Positions 28,189 through 41,061 of a stretch of 64,000 nucleotides of DNA are shown here, in pieces. The position numbers were made by a program, and so were the translations under genes. Within the stretch, counting starts at the first letter, position 1; every line of letters starts with the position of its first letter. The stretch is taken from assembly GCA_951406725.2 (NCBI GenBank), contig OX597818.1:62000001-62064000 (forward strand). The letters are read 5' to 3'. This stretch comes from Octopus vulgaris (taxonomy: Eukaryota). The notes under the pieces were generated by a model. The model was not told where the DNA came from and searched no databases. It worked only from the letters and a program-made list of their open reading frames with translations.

Positions 28189-28380
28189 TCGAAAAATGCC
28201 TTAGAAATGAGAACCCAGGTTCGAAATTCCCCCAAGATACCTGATGAAGGCTGGAGGGTATATCAGCCGAAACGTTGTTAATAACAAAGAAAATGAGGAA
28301 AAATATCCGTTAAATGTAAATAATGTAAATAGTGTAAATAATGTGTAAATATATGTGAATAGAGTAAATAAAAGTGTAAA
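27923..28380. mobile_element. HHR-SINE locus 4: truncated minus arm (27923-28061) plus full plus-strand copy (28062-28380)
   Basis: Head GGCATATGGCATAGTGGTTAAGAGCGCGGGCTACTAACCCC..GAGTTCGGATCC; (AAT)n; HHR cores at 27981-28026 (minus) and ~28236-28278 (plus). Confidence 0.88.
27981..28026 (-). ncRNA. Type I minimal hammerhead ribozyme motif (best-preserved HHR-SINE copy)
   Basis: GACAC CUGAUGA A GGCUG-GAGGGUAUAU-CAGCC GAAAC GUU GUGUU: stem I GACAC/GUGUU, 5-bp stem II, palindromic AACGUU minimal stem III, GUU site. Confidence 0.75.
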
Positions 28381-28382
28381 TA

Positions 28383-28546
28383 TAGGTGCAGGAGTGGCTG
28401 TGTGGTAAGTAGTTTGCTTACCAACCACATGGTTCTGGGTTCAGTCCCACTGCGTGGCACCTTGGGTTAGTGTCTTCTACTTGAGCCTCGGGCCAACCAA
28501 TGCCTTGTGAGTGGATTTGGTAGACGGAAACGGAAAGAAGCCCGTC

Positions 28547-28581
<35 letters not shown>

Positions 28582-29030
28582 TAACGGGAAGGTTTACGAA
28601 AATAAACAAAAGACGAAGGCAGGTGGAGTACAAACAAGCAAATGTATTTGTATGGCGCTCAGGAATAGAAAAAGTCTTTTACGTTTCGAGCCTACACTCT
28701 TCGACAGAAAGATACACAGAAAAGAAACAAGGAGAGAAAAAAATGCGTGTAGGAGCTAACGGTCCATCATGGCTATATATATACATATACATATACATAT
28801 ATATATGTGTGTGTATATGTTGTGTATCTGTGTTTGTTCCCCCCTCCCCAACATCGCTTGACAACCGATGCTGGTGTGTTTAGGTCCCCGTAACTTAGCA
28901 GTTCGGCAAAAGAGACCAATAGAATAAGTACTAGGCTTACAAAAAATAAGACCTGGGTTCGATTTGATTCGACTAAAATCGGTTGCTCCAGCATGGCCGC
29001 AGTTAAATAACTGAAACAAGTAAAAGAATA
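28383..29030 (+). mobile_element. SINE family A interrupted in its (TA)n by a ~195-bp PLE-like remnant (28580-28775)
   Basis: Head at 28383; insert carries minus-strand CTGTCGA-A-GAG..CTC-GAAACGTA; SINE 3' half resumes at ~28800. Confidence 0.8.
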
Positions 29031-29737
29031 ATGAGAAAGAATGTCCTCATCTCTTAAATACAGAATCTCTAATTTGTCTTTATGGTTTCAGATTTTGACA
29101 CAAAACCGACAATTTTAGCGGATGAGACAAGTCGATTACATCGAACCCAGAATTTGATTGGTAATTTAGATTATCGACTCCGAAAGGATTAAAAATAAAG
29201 TTGACCTCGACGTAATTTGAACTCAGAACGTAAAGAGCCGGAAAAAATGCCAATAAGCATGTTGTTCGACGTGCTAACGATTCCGCTTAGCATTGTTTGT
29301 TTTCTCATTAATGTGGGAAGGGTGGGGAGATGGCGATCTGGAAGAATCGCTCAGGCATTGGAAAAAATGCCTTATGGTATATCTTCGAATCTTTATATTC
29401 TGAGTTCAAATCTCACCGAGGTCAACTTTACTTTCCATCTTTCGGGGCTGCTGGTTTCGACTAATTTTTTCTCCTCAGAATCGCTGGCCTTGAGTCAGAA
29501 ACCATTAAGAAAGCGGCAAAAGAGAGGGTCAACGACGGCAAAAAGAAGGAAAAGGAAAGGTGAACGGCAAAAAAACCTGACAAACATTTTGTGCAGTTTA
29601 GGGATAAACTACTGATTGTCACTTTAAGAAAATCTGTCTTAATATTTTTATCAACTCTTGGCATTTTTTACACTTTCAATTGTGAAAAGTGGTTACATAA
29701 AAAACTTTACAGGTGTGTGTGTGTGTGTGTGTGTGTC

Positions 29738-29805
<68 letters not shown>

Positions 29806-30199
29806 TGTGTGTGTGTGTGTGTTGAAACATAATTCCTTAAATCCATCCATGTTCTTGGCTGCTTTTTATTTCTTCGATCTAAAAGGATTAGTTGTTGTTA
29901 AGCTACAAGTTGCCCTGACCGATCAGTCTTTATAGGGTGACCTAGGATTACTTTATTTAATGTGTGCCCTTTGTGTATTTTTATAAGCCAGAAGGGTGAC
30001 ATTTGAGAAAGGTTTGTCTGTTATTTCAAACCTGTGCAGAAACTACGTATAAATGCCATCCTTGACTCAAAGAATAAGCATTATGTTTTAGGTTAGTAAC
30101 ATTTCCCACTTCATGAAGAATTGTTTTCCATCATGCTTCAGCAATAAAAATAAATACACGTCATTTATCAATTAATACCGAAATTAACCGCAGTTAAAG

Positions 30200-31170
30200 A
30201 CAAGTCTGTCGACAAAGTTCTGGTGGCAAACACAGCGAGGTAGGCAGAGGAGTTGATGCAGGAAGTGGAGACTGTGTTGATGTGTGTGGGGCTGAAAATG
30301 AATGAAATAAAGACGAAATATCTGGTAGAGAACATTAAGAAACCAGAGAAGATTATGAATGTAGGCGGGAAGCCACTAGAGTTGGTTGAGGACTTCCTGC
30401 ATCTGGGAGCAAAGATAGGGAACGCAGATGGTGATATAGTTGAGAGGAAGAGCAAAGCCTGGGTGGTATGCCACAGTTTGAGATCTCTATGGAAGTCGGA
30501 CCGTTGTGAAGACCTGAAGATCCGTCTCTTCGTTGTTGCAGTGGAGTGTGTGCCGTTGTACGGGTCTGAGACTTGGATACTGTCGACCAAGAATCTCACT
30601 CAGATGGTGGATAGGTGCAACATGGGAATGCTGAGGATGGCTCTGAACATTAATCCGTATACATCTTTATATATAAAAGAGAGGTTGTGTGCTGTCTGTC
30701 TCCTACGATTTAGATTCCTAACTACTCCCACATTTTGCGGTGCAGTTTAACCAAAACCGGGTATCTCATAGTCGTGATTCATATCGAGCCCTTATGGGTA
30801 TTAGCGCACGTCTACGATGAGTCTACGATTAAAAAAAAAATTACCATCAATTTTTCCCATTTTTAATGCATTTTTGGCATATATAAGGGAAGTAACTCTC
30901 CAAAAATTTATTATTAAATCTCAGACCGTAAAAAGCTACAGTAACACCCCCCCTTTGTGGTTAGCCATATTGAGATGGCTATTATACTTTACATCTCTAA
31001 AAATGTTTATATAGTTATTTCCCTTACAAACCCGAGCAACGCCGGGCGATACTGCTAGTTGAGGATAAAGGACTCAGAGTTGTGCGAGAGCCTCGCAAAA
31101 GTTAGCTCGAAAATAACACAGAGGAGACTGAGGTTAGCTGGACATGTTCTCTGTCATTCAGAGTTGATAC
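30200..31170 (+). pseudogene. RTE-clade LINE RT C-terminal fragment split by a Helitron
   Basis: VGLKMNEIKTKY..ELVEDFLHLGA..LKIRLF..VECVPLYGSETW..MLRMALNI; removing 30664-31058 restores in-frame NPYT-LRIKDSEL..QRRLRLAGHVL. Confidence 0.88.
30664..31058 (+). mobile_element. Non-autonomous Helitron, copy 1
   Basis: 5' TC, 3' CTAG, subterminal hairpin CCCG..CGGG, inserted at A|T with no TSD; second copy at 57154-57544. Confidence 0.88.
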
Positions 31171-31321
31171 AGTCTGGTTAGGAAGACACTGTGAGCTGAG
31201 TCGGTGTATTTTCTCCTAGTTGTCTACAGAGAGAAATCTTCTCCATAGCAAAATACGGCGATTGGTTTTCTACGGCTTCGAATATCTTCAAGCATATTCG
31301 AACTGGTAACAAGTCTATTTA

Positions 31322-31720
31322 TGAGTGGCTGTGTGGCAAACAGCTTGCTAACCAGCCACATGGTTCCGGGTTTCAGTCCCAGTGCGTGGCACCTTGGCCA
31401 AGTGTTTTCTACTATAGCCTCGGACAGCCCAAAGCCTTGTGAGTGGATTTGGTATACGGAAACTGAAAGAAGCCCGTCGTATATGCATATGTATATATGT
31501 GTGTGTTTGTGTGTCTGTGTTTGTCCCCCCACCATTACTTGACAACCGTTGTTGATGTGTTTACGTCCCCGTAACTTAGCGGTTCGGTAAAAGATACCGA
31601 TAAAATAAGTACTAGGCTTCCAAAGAATATGCCCTGGAGGTCGATTTGTCCGACTACAGGCGGGGCTCCAGCATGGCCGCAGTCAAGTGACTGAAACAAA
31701 TAAAATAATAAAAGAATCAA
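31322..31720 (+). mobile_element. SINE family A
   Basis: Head-to-tail match to other family A copies. Confidence 0.9.
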
Positions 31721-32340
31721 AGAATATATGTGTGTATGTGTATGTGCGTATGAAGGGCTTCCGTACAGTTTCCGTCTTCTAAAGGCGTCTCGTTCACAAG
31801 GTGTTTGTTTGTTTGTTGGTGCAGTCTTAAATTATAGACTACATCACTACATCGAGCGAAACAATACGATAGATGTGTTCATCTAAAACAGTAAAATATA
31901 ATTTCAGGGTTGCGTTTGTTTGGCAAGAAAACTCGATGAAATATATAAGTGAACGCAGTATAAATTGTAAAATGATTAATAGTCTCTTTGCCAAAGACAT
32001 TAATCCGTCTCTCTTCGCTTCAACATAAATAGCCTAATTACTGGAAAGGGTACACCATCGGAAGAACAATTGTGAAAGACAATAATGGCGGATAATCATT
32101 GTGTTCCCCCTTTAGACATCTGCTAGGCAAGCCATTACACATCAAACAATGACGCCGACCCACCATCGAACCGCGTCACACTGCCACTCTCTCAGCCTTT
32201 CAACCTTTCTTACTTCCTTACTTTCTTGTATTTCCCCCGTTTCTTTTTTTTCCTCTTTTCTTTTTGTTGTCGTACGAAGACTTAAAGTGACCACACACAC
32301 ACATCATATCGTGTATGTACGTGTGCGTCTGTGTGTCTGT

Positions 32341-32400
<60 letters not shown>

Positions 32401-32504
32401 TTATATATATAAATGGTCACAAACATACACATCTATCTTTCTCACTATTAATCTGTGTGTGTGTGTGTGTATTTATATATATATAAATACACACAGACAA
32501 ATTA

Positions 32505-32728
32505 TTTTATAATTATATACATAATTATAACAAGGAGTCAGCTTTATGCTTCACAACGCACTGCTAGAAATAGACGCTAAGTATTATTTTACTGCCTTAA
32601 AATCACCGAAAATAACACACTTTCTCGGGGACTTTTAGGTAGTAAAAATGACCTAGCGTTTATTTCTAGCAGTGCGTAGTGAGACAAAAAGCTGACCCCT
32701 TGTTTTAATTATGTATATAATTATAAAA
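32505..32728. repeat. ~220-bp foldback (near-complete palindrome), MITE-like or PLE-junction-like
   Basis: TTTTATAATTATATACATAATTA..GTCAGCTTT..ACGCACTGCTAGAAATA mirrored by TATTTCTAGCAGTGCGT..AAAGCTGAC..TAATTATGTATATAATTATAAAA. Confidence 0.8.
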
Positions 32729-33488
32729 GAATTTGTAAAATTTACCTAAAAGGTTTTATTTTAGCACTGGCTACCTGGTGAAATCATTATTCATTCTACC
32801 CTCTATTATTATTAAAATAATATTCGAACATATATATAGGGCAACCGCAGGGTAATCGAATTATGGCAACGGATCTTCATCAGAGTAAAAAAACAATGAT
32901 GAAGATCCGCTGCCTTAATTCAAATGACCTATGATGATGAAGAACTTTATTCTTGCATTTATTCATAGACTGCATTTTGGTAACCGATCAGTAACGGCCG
33001 TAAGATATGTTACGTCACCTATTATGTGATGCCATGCTTTGTATTAAAAAATAAGCTATAAATATGGTCCAATCGATGTGTTTGTTAATCTGAGTTTTTT
33101 TCAATATTCTAATTATTTGCATTGGTTTCTGATAAACTCTTGATTATGTTGTTGTTATTTGCACTCTGCATGTATGGTGTATCTGCACACCAATGCCTGG
33201 GGATAACACGAGTAACGGATACCGATACACTCCAGTCGGTGAAAACAAGTTTATATCATTCCCAAATTATCGAACCTCGAATATAAATATATATTAACAC
33301 AATAGGGCACCCAATACTAAAAACCAATAGTATAAGATATACACATACACACGAATAAAAGGTGATAAAGCCTAAAAGGTTAATACAAGTGAAGTCGAAT
33401 GAAGAAAAATATATGGAATAAATTAAGGCATAATAAAGACGACTAAAGATTTAATGCAATGGAGCTAAAATACTATAAATATAAATAT

Positions 33489-33897
33489 AGGCGCAGGAGT
33501 GGCTGTGTGGTAAGTAGCTTGCTAACCAACCACATGGTTCCGGGTTCAGTCCGACTGCGTGGCATGTTGGGCAAGTGTCTTCTGCTATATCTCCGGGCCG
33601 ACCAATGCCTTGTGAGTGGATTTGGTAGACGGAAACTGAAAGAAGCCTGTCGTATATATGTATATATATATAAGTGTGTGTATATGTTTGTGTATCTGTG
33701 TTTGTCCCCCTAGCATTGCTTGACAACCGATGCTGGTGAGTTTACGTCCCCGTCACTTAGCGGTTCGGCAAAAGTGACCGATAGAATAAGTACTGGGCTT
33801 ACAAAGAATAAGTCCTGGGGTCGATTTGCTCGACTAAAGGCGGTGCTCCAGCATGGCCGCAGTCAAATGACTGAAACAAGTAAAAGAGTAAAAGAGT
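33489..33897 (+). mobile_element. SINE family A, full length
   Basis: GGCGCAGGAGTGGCTGTGTGG..GACTGAAACAAGTAAAAGAGTAAAAGAG. Confidence 0.92.
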
Positions 33898-34231
33898 ATA
33901 TAAAAATACAAGTGTATAAATATAAAAAAATAAGGTGTAAGGTAACCAGAACAGAGTCCATTCAAGACCATCTCTTCGATCATTTCAAAGGATGCAGCTT
34001 CACATCGTTAATGTACAATCCACCCGATTACCCTCTTAGGTTTCATCACCCTTTATTCGTGTGTATGTGTATATTTTATACCGTTGGTATTCAATATTGG
34101 GTGCCCTATTGCTTTTATATATATTTGTATTCGATATTTGATAATTTTGGAATGATATGAAGTTGTTTGGACCGATTAGAGCGCTTATTTATTAAACTCT
34201 TTATATGTTATATATTATATATTATATATTC

Positions 34232-34585
34232 GGAGGCGCAATGGCCCAGTGGTTAGGGCAGCGGACTCGCGGTTTCGGGCGTTGTGAGTGTTTATTGAGC
34301 GAAAACACCTACAGCTCCACGAGGCTCCGGCAGGGGATGGTGGTGATCCCTGCTGTACTCTTTCACCACAACTTTCTTTCACTCTTATTTCCTGTTTCTG
34401 TTGTACCTGTATTTCAAGGGGCCGGCCTTGTCACTCTCTGTATCACGCTGAATATCCCCTAGAACTACGTTAAGGGTGCACGTGTCTGTGGAGTGCTCAG
34501 CCACTTACACGTTAATTTCACGAGCAGGCTGTTCCGTTGATTCGGATCAACCGGAACCCTCATCGTCGTAACCGACGGAGTGCTT
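34232..34585 (+). mobile_element. SINE family C with B-box deletion
   Basis: GGAGGCGCAATGGCCCAGTGGTTAGGGCAGCGGACTCGCGG..ACCGACGGAGTG. Confidence 0.85.
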
Positions 34586-34599
34586 CCATTATATATTCA

Positions 34600-34930
34600 T
34601 GTCAGGTCGCTCTTGAGCGCTACTGGTAACATGTAACCCAGTACAACCTGTTACATGGTCAGGTCGTCGGCAAATAAACGGGTAACCCAATCAAGTTTGC
34701 TTGGTGAGGAGGGTAATTGTTGAACACCCTGCGGGACGAAAAGTAAGACCCGTTAAAGGGCGGAAGAACTACTGTGTAGTCAAAAGCCAATTCAATAAGC
34801 ACCTTGTCGCGGTGATGTGCCTGTGTGATTCATTGACCCAAGGAGCTATGCTGGAGGGAGAGAAATCTTCAGGCAGGTCTTACCAGGCCTGACAGGTCGA
34901 AGGGAAGGAGACAGACAAAACCTTAACGAA
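34600..34930 (+). mobile_element. Probable RTE-type LINE 5' UTR sequences
   Basis: 34600-34770 is homologous to 59250-59420; 34800-34920 (CACCTTGTCGCGGTG..GGAGCTATGCTGG..ACAGGTC) resembles RTE/Expander-type 5' ends, from memory only. Confidence 0.5.
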
Positions 34931-35434
34931 AATAAATCGAAGCGTCGGCAGCAGGGCGTGGAATTAGTTATCGGCAGGACCTAACAGATCAGATTCTTGG
35001 CTTTAGACCAGCAGGATGTCATGCAGAGGATCTTGAATATAAGAAAATGGATGGGACCCCAATATCCCTAGTTAGATGGAAACTGCGGGACCACATGGAG
35101 GCTATAGTAGAAGACACTTGCCCAAGGTGCTATGCAGTAGAACTGAACCCAGAAACATGTGGTTCGTAACCAAGGTACTTACCACACAGCCATGTATAAG
35201 TACACACATACACACACACACGCACGCATGCACACACACACACACACAAATAATTAATACAGATAGTGGTGTACAATGTGCTAAAAAATGAAAACTATAA
35301 TTGTTATTAAATGCGACTAAGGATTCGAGAACATTCACATTGCTAGAAATAAGAGCTAAACTGCTCTAATGCTGTAGCCAAAACGCATAATTGTATACAT
35401 ATATACTGACAGGGACAGTAATCGCCCGAAAGAA

Positions 35435-35512
35435 CCGGTCGAGAATTCCCTAAACTGATCCGTCAGTTTCGGTTCTTATCGCAGCCTCATCAGTAAGGAC
35501 GGCTCGACTCGG
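35435..35512 (-). ncRNA. Type I hammerhead ribozyme motif with stable stem III and extended stem I
   Basis: GUCGAG ccg UCCUUA CUGAUGA GGCU-GCGAUAAG-AACC GAAACUGA-CGGA-UCAGUU UAGGGA auu CUCGAC; core intact, one stem II mismatch. Confidence 0.8.
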
Positions 35513-36205
35513 ACAAAATTTCGGACAAAATTCACTGTCAATATATGTGTATGAGCCATGGAAATCTATGGATAATTTAGCGAATCACTAATGTGTATAC
35601 AAATAATTAATATAGACAACGGTGTACAAAGTGTTACTAGAAAGGAAAACACCCACAATGCTAGAAATAAGAGTTAAACTGCTCCGGCCCCAGTCAGTAT
35701 CTATGTATACAATCAATTATGTGCTTTAACTACAGCATTAGAACACTCTTCTATCTTTTCTCTTGTCAAAGAAAATATTTCTCCAGCATCCGCTATTTTA
35801 CCCTCATTCTTGTCTAACGACGCTCCATGTTTATTGTTGTTCGGTTTCCTTGTATGTCTCCACTGTCCTGCTTTTGTTCCCATCTTTGACCCTCTATAAA
35901 TGACAAATTTTATTTTGGTACTTATGGGAGCAACTGTCTTCGAAGACTCACACTGTCGTTCAATGCTGGAAATGAGGGGTAGATAAAACAAGGGACAACT
36001 GATGAAAGGAATGTTCTTTATGTTGCCTGTCTCGTTTCTCTATTTGTTTATTTCGATGTTAGAAAAACTGTTCGTTTTCTATGTTTTTGTTTTTATGTTT
36101 TCGTTTCTCATTTGTTTACGTTTTGTTTTTGATGTCCTGTACCTATATATGCATGTATATATACATATATATATATAAATATGTAAGTATATACATATAT
36201 GTATA

Positions 36206-36677
36206 TAACTTAGAATAACTTAGAAAGGTTTTTGGCCAGTATTGGCCCAGGCCATGTCTAACTTAATAGCACCACCTGGCGAAGTCTTTCAGTTCAGGAT
36301 TTGGGCACCAAGGCCCATTCGAGCAGAGAGTTATTGTTTGCGGAGACATATCCGGGTGTGGATGGTTTGTCCGGTACTGTTTGAAGGAATTTGTCCAAAG
36401 ACTTCTTGAATTTTGTGTGGTCAGTTTCTTTTTTGACGTGTCCTGGTGTAATGTTGAAGAGAGCGGGTCCAATTGAGGTGAAATAGTTGTGCCGTATTGT
36501 CGTTATGTGATGCGATTTAGATTTTTGTTGTGGACGGATGGCACGTGGTCCAAGCCTTGGATGCATTTTGAAGGTGATGCCAACATCATTCGGACAGTGC
36601 TGATGGAATATTTTCCACATCATACAGATAATGTAGCGTTCACGGCGTCGTTGGAGTGAATACAATTTCAGCTTCTG
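36206..36677 (-). mobile_element. 3' end of a CR1-group LINE
   Basis: KLKLYSLQRRRERYIICMMWKI..GPALFN..KFKKSLDKFLQTVPDKP* followed by a short UTR and a tandem TTCTAAGTTA tail. Confidence 0.82.
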
Positions 36678-36772
36678 TATGTATGTAGGTATATACATAT
36701 ATGCATATATTTACATATTATTTATGTAATTATATGATCGAACGCCACGCATTCATTTCCAAGTAAGTTTTA

Positions 36773-37390
<618 letters not shown>

Positions 37391-37415
37391 AATATATATA
37401 TGTACACACACGCGC

Positions 37416-37451
<36 letters not shown>

Positions 37452-37488
37452 ACACACTCAATGGGGCTGCATTCCCGAGGTTTTAGGA

Positions 37489-37703
37489 AGGCGGCGAGCT
37501 GGCAGAATCGTTAGCACGCCGGGCGAAATGCTTAGCGGTATTTCGTTTGCCGTTACGTTCTGAGTTCAAATTCCGCCGAGGTCGACTTTGCCTTTCTTCT
37601 TTTGGGGTCGACCAATTAAGTACCAGTTGCGCACTGGGGTCGATCTAATCGACTGCCCCACCCACATAAAATTTCGGGCCTTGTGCCTAGAGTAGAAAAG
37701 ATT
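37489..37703 (+). mobile_element. SINE family B monomer with the alternative tail
   Basis: GGCGGCGAGCTGGCAGAATCG..AAATTTCGGGCCTTGTGCCTAGAGTAGAAAAGATT. Confidence 0.88.
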
Positions 37704-38707
37704 CGCGAAGTTTTGGGACTTTTGAAAGAGAGGCAGTTATAACTGTGTCCTACGGTCTTACATAATCGTAATTTTCGTTTGTCATTGCACTGAGCCAATC
37801 ATTCTATAACGTGTTTCACCACAAGAAATAACTCGTCAGAAATATCACTGGAAAGATATAATCTTAAACCGTTTAGATTGTTAAAGAAAATAGAATGGAA
37901 GACAGACAGAATAATTGATGAGAAAGAACGAATTAAGCAGAAAGGTAGGCGAGACTTTTGAGGTGGTGGGAGATGTGACATAGATAAATCTTTCGAGGAG
38001 GAGAAGTCTCTAATTAGGATGACGCTGTGAGCAAGTGATTGTGAAGCGAAGGAAGAAAGAGGAAGGAGTATTTAGAGAAAGAGAGAGGCAGTGAGAGGAG
38101 AGAAATCAAAGATCAATAGCTGTTATCTACGTTTGTTTATATATTCGGCAAGTTAAAACAATAAAATTTAATTTGAAATTTAAATTAACCAATTCTGTTG
38201 GTAGATAAGAGTGAGAAAAAGCTAAAGGTTGTGTTTCATAATTAAATAAGTCAGACATAAGTTATATAAATATTTAATGATTATTTATTGGCAGAAAACT
38301 ACGAGTTTGTGTTGGTTATGGAAAGAAAGGGCATTGAAAGGAGTCATTTTTTAAAAAGTTTCCTGGAGTTAAGGAAGCATCGATGATTAAGCAAACAAAA
38401 ATATTTTGTATTGTAACCGATCTATAAATATTTATTTAATAAATATTTTAATATTCCTGGCGTTGTTATAATTCATACAGTTGTAATAGTTAGATATCTA
38501 TAACAGTCGAAGATCCCCGATAGACAAGCAGATGCACTTTGCACAACGTACTTTGCACGTGCGAAAGGAAATATTAAATATTCTGCCAGATCATACATGG
38601 TGCCCTAGAAGAGAAAGAAATGAGAGAATAATTAATAATTAGTGAAGTAATTAACAAAGGAAAGGCAGAAAGAAAAGCCAGAGTGTATTTATTTTTGTTC
38701 TTAAATA

Positions 38708-38913
38708 GGAGCAACGTGTAGCTGTGTGGTAGGAAGTTTGCTTTCCAGTTACTTAATTCCGAGTTCAGTCCCACTGCGTTGCACGTTGGGCAAGTGTCTT
38801 CTGCTATAATCACGAGCCGACCAAAGCCTTGTGAATGGATTTGGTAGACGGAAACTGAAAGAAGCCCTTCGTGGTAAGAAGCCTGCTTCCCAACCACATG
38901 AAAGAAGCTGGTC

Positions 38914-38979
<66 letters not shown>

Positions 38980-39160
38980 TTGTGTGCCTGTGTTTGTCCC
39001 CACGATCGTTTGACAACCGGTGTTGGTGTTTACTTCCCCGTAACTTAGAGGTTCGGCAAAAGAGAACGATAGAATGATTACTAGGCTTACAAAGAATAAG
39101 CTCTGGGGTCGATTTGTTCGACTAAAGGCCGCAGTCAGTTGACTGAACGAAGTAAAAGAA
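38708..39160 (+). mobile_element. SINE family A with a small internal head duplication
   Basis: Match to other copies; extra GTGGTAAGAAGCCTGCTTCCCAACCACATG at 38871-38900. Confidence 0.8.
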
Positions 39161-39164
39161 TAGT

Positions 39165-39545
39165 GACACTCCGTCGGTTACGACAACGAGGGTTGCAGTT
39201 GAACCGATCAACGGAACAGCCTACTCGTGAAATTAACGTGCAAGTGGCTGAGCACTCCACAGACACGTGTACCCTTAACGTAGTTCTCAGGGAGATTCAG
39301 TGTGACACAGAGTTTGACAAAGTTGGCCCTTTTGAAATACAGGTACAACAGAAACAGGAAGAAAGAGTGAGAGAAAGTTGTGGTAAAAGAGTAAAGCAGG
39401 GTTCGTCACCACTCCCCGCTCGATCCTCGTAGAGCTTTAGGTGGTTTCGCTCAGTAAACACTCACAACGCCCGGTCTGGGAATCGAAACCACGATCTTAC
39501 GACCACGAGTCCGCTGCGCTAACCACTGGGTCATTGCGTATCCAC
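39165..39545 (-). mobile_element. SINE family C, full length
   Basis: Reverse-complement match to 34232-34585 with an intact B box. Confidence 0.88.
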
Positions 39546-39991
39546 AAGTAAAGGAATGAAAGAAAGTAAAAAAAATATGTTCAGCATCTGTCGAAAATTC
39601 TCGTTAAAGTACTTTCATTTTAATGTAGAAGGATGATTTTATTCAATTAAGTCCGTAACTCCCAACGTAATATGATGGACATTTTTGCTAAAACAATACA
39701 CAAAAAAGGAAGACAGGTCTTGGATATTGGGTTGACAAATAAATTCGTTATTCCATTATTTTAGTTCTATCCAATGTTATTTGAATTAACACGAAAATAT
39801 TTTTATTGTTGTACTTTCGCTTTTCGTTGATCTATCCTTCCTCTACAACTTTTGTTTATCATTTGTGAAACATGAATAAATATTACCTCTTTTATAGCAT
39901 CTGACGATGGAGTGCAGAGTAGAGGGATCAAGCGACACCGAAAAAAAAAAAAAACCCAAAAAACCAATAGCAATAAATATACACAAATCAG

Positions 39992-40380
39992 GGCAGCGAG
40001 CTGGCAGAAACGTTAGCACGCCGGGCGAAATTCGTAGCCGTATGTCGTCTGCCGTTACGTTCTGAGTTCAAATTTCGCCGAGGTCGACTTTGCCTTTCAT
40101 ACTTTCGGGGTCGTTAAATTAAGCACCAGTTGCGTACTGGGGTCGATGTGATCGACTCAACCCGTTTGTCTTTCCTTGTTTGTCACCTCTGTGTTTAGCT
40201 CCTTGTGGGTAGTAAAGAAATAGGTATTTCGTCTGCCGTTATGTTCTGAGTTCAAATTCCGCCAAGGTCGACTTTGCCTTTTATCCTTTCGGGTCGATAT
40301 AATCGACTTAATCCGTTTGTCTGTCCTTGTTTGTCCCCTCTATGTTTAGACCCCTCCCGCACTGTGGGCAATAAAGAAAT
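39992..40380 (+). mobile_element. SINE family B dimer
   Basis: Head plus two core modules; ends GTGGGCAATAAAGAAAT. Confidence 0.88.
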
Positions 40381-40582
40381 ATATATAAACAAATCTTTCT
40401 GAAGTTGGACGCATACAAACATTTCAATAAGAGGGAACATTGGTGGAATAGTCTCATCAGAACGTCTAGCAAATGCAATCATAATAGGTCTGATGTTGTT
40501 GGTTGGGAAAGAAAAGAAATACTTGAATGAGGCCAGCTGCCCTGCATATGAAAATTGAAAATCAGCCAGAAAGAGAATATAT

Positions 40583-40788
40583 AGGCGCAGGAGTGGCTGT
40601 GTGGTAAGAAGCTTGCTTCCCAACCATATGGTTCCGGGTTCAGTCTCACTGCGTGGCACCTAGGGTAAGTGTTTTCTACTATAGCCTTGGGCTAACCAAA
40701 GCCTTGTGAGTGGATTTGGTAGACGGAAACTGAAAGAAGCCTGTCGTATATATATATATATCTATGTGTGTCTGTGTGTGTGTGTGGG

Positions 40789-40820
<32 letters not shown>

Positions 40821-41000
40821 TGTGTGTGTGTGTATACATAGGGGCAGTCGTCGCAGTGTGGTAGGAAGCTTGCTACCCAACCACATGGTTCTGGATTCAG
40901 TCCCACTGCGTAGTATCTTGGGTAAGTGGTTTCTACTATAGCCTCGGGACGGCCAAAGCCTTTTGAGTGGATTTAGTAGACGGAAACAGAAAGAAGGCCG

Positions 41001-41061
<61 letters not shown>

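Noticed and set aside
32866-32914. Inverted TGATGAAGATCC pair as a hammerhead
   Set aside because: No stem II followed by GAAA was found on either arm.
35999-36030. CTGATGAAAGG as a hammerhead core
   Set aside because: No closing stem or GAAA nearby.
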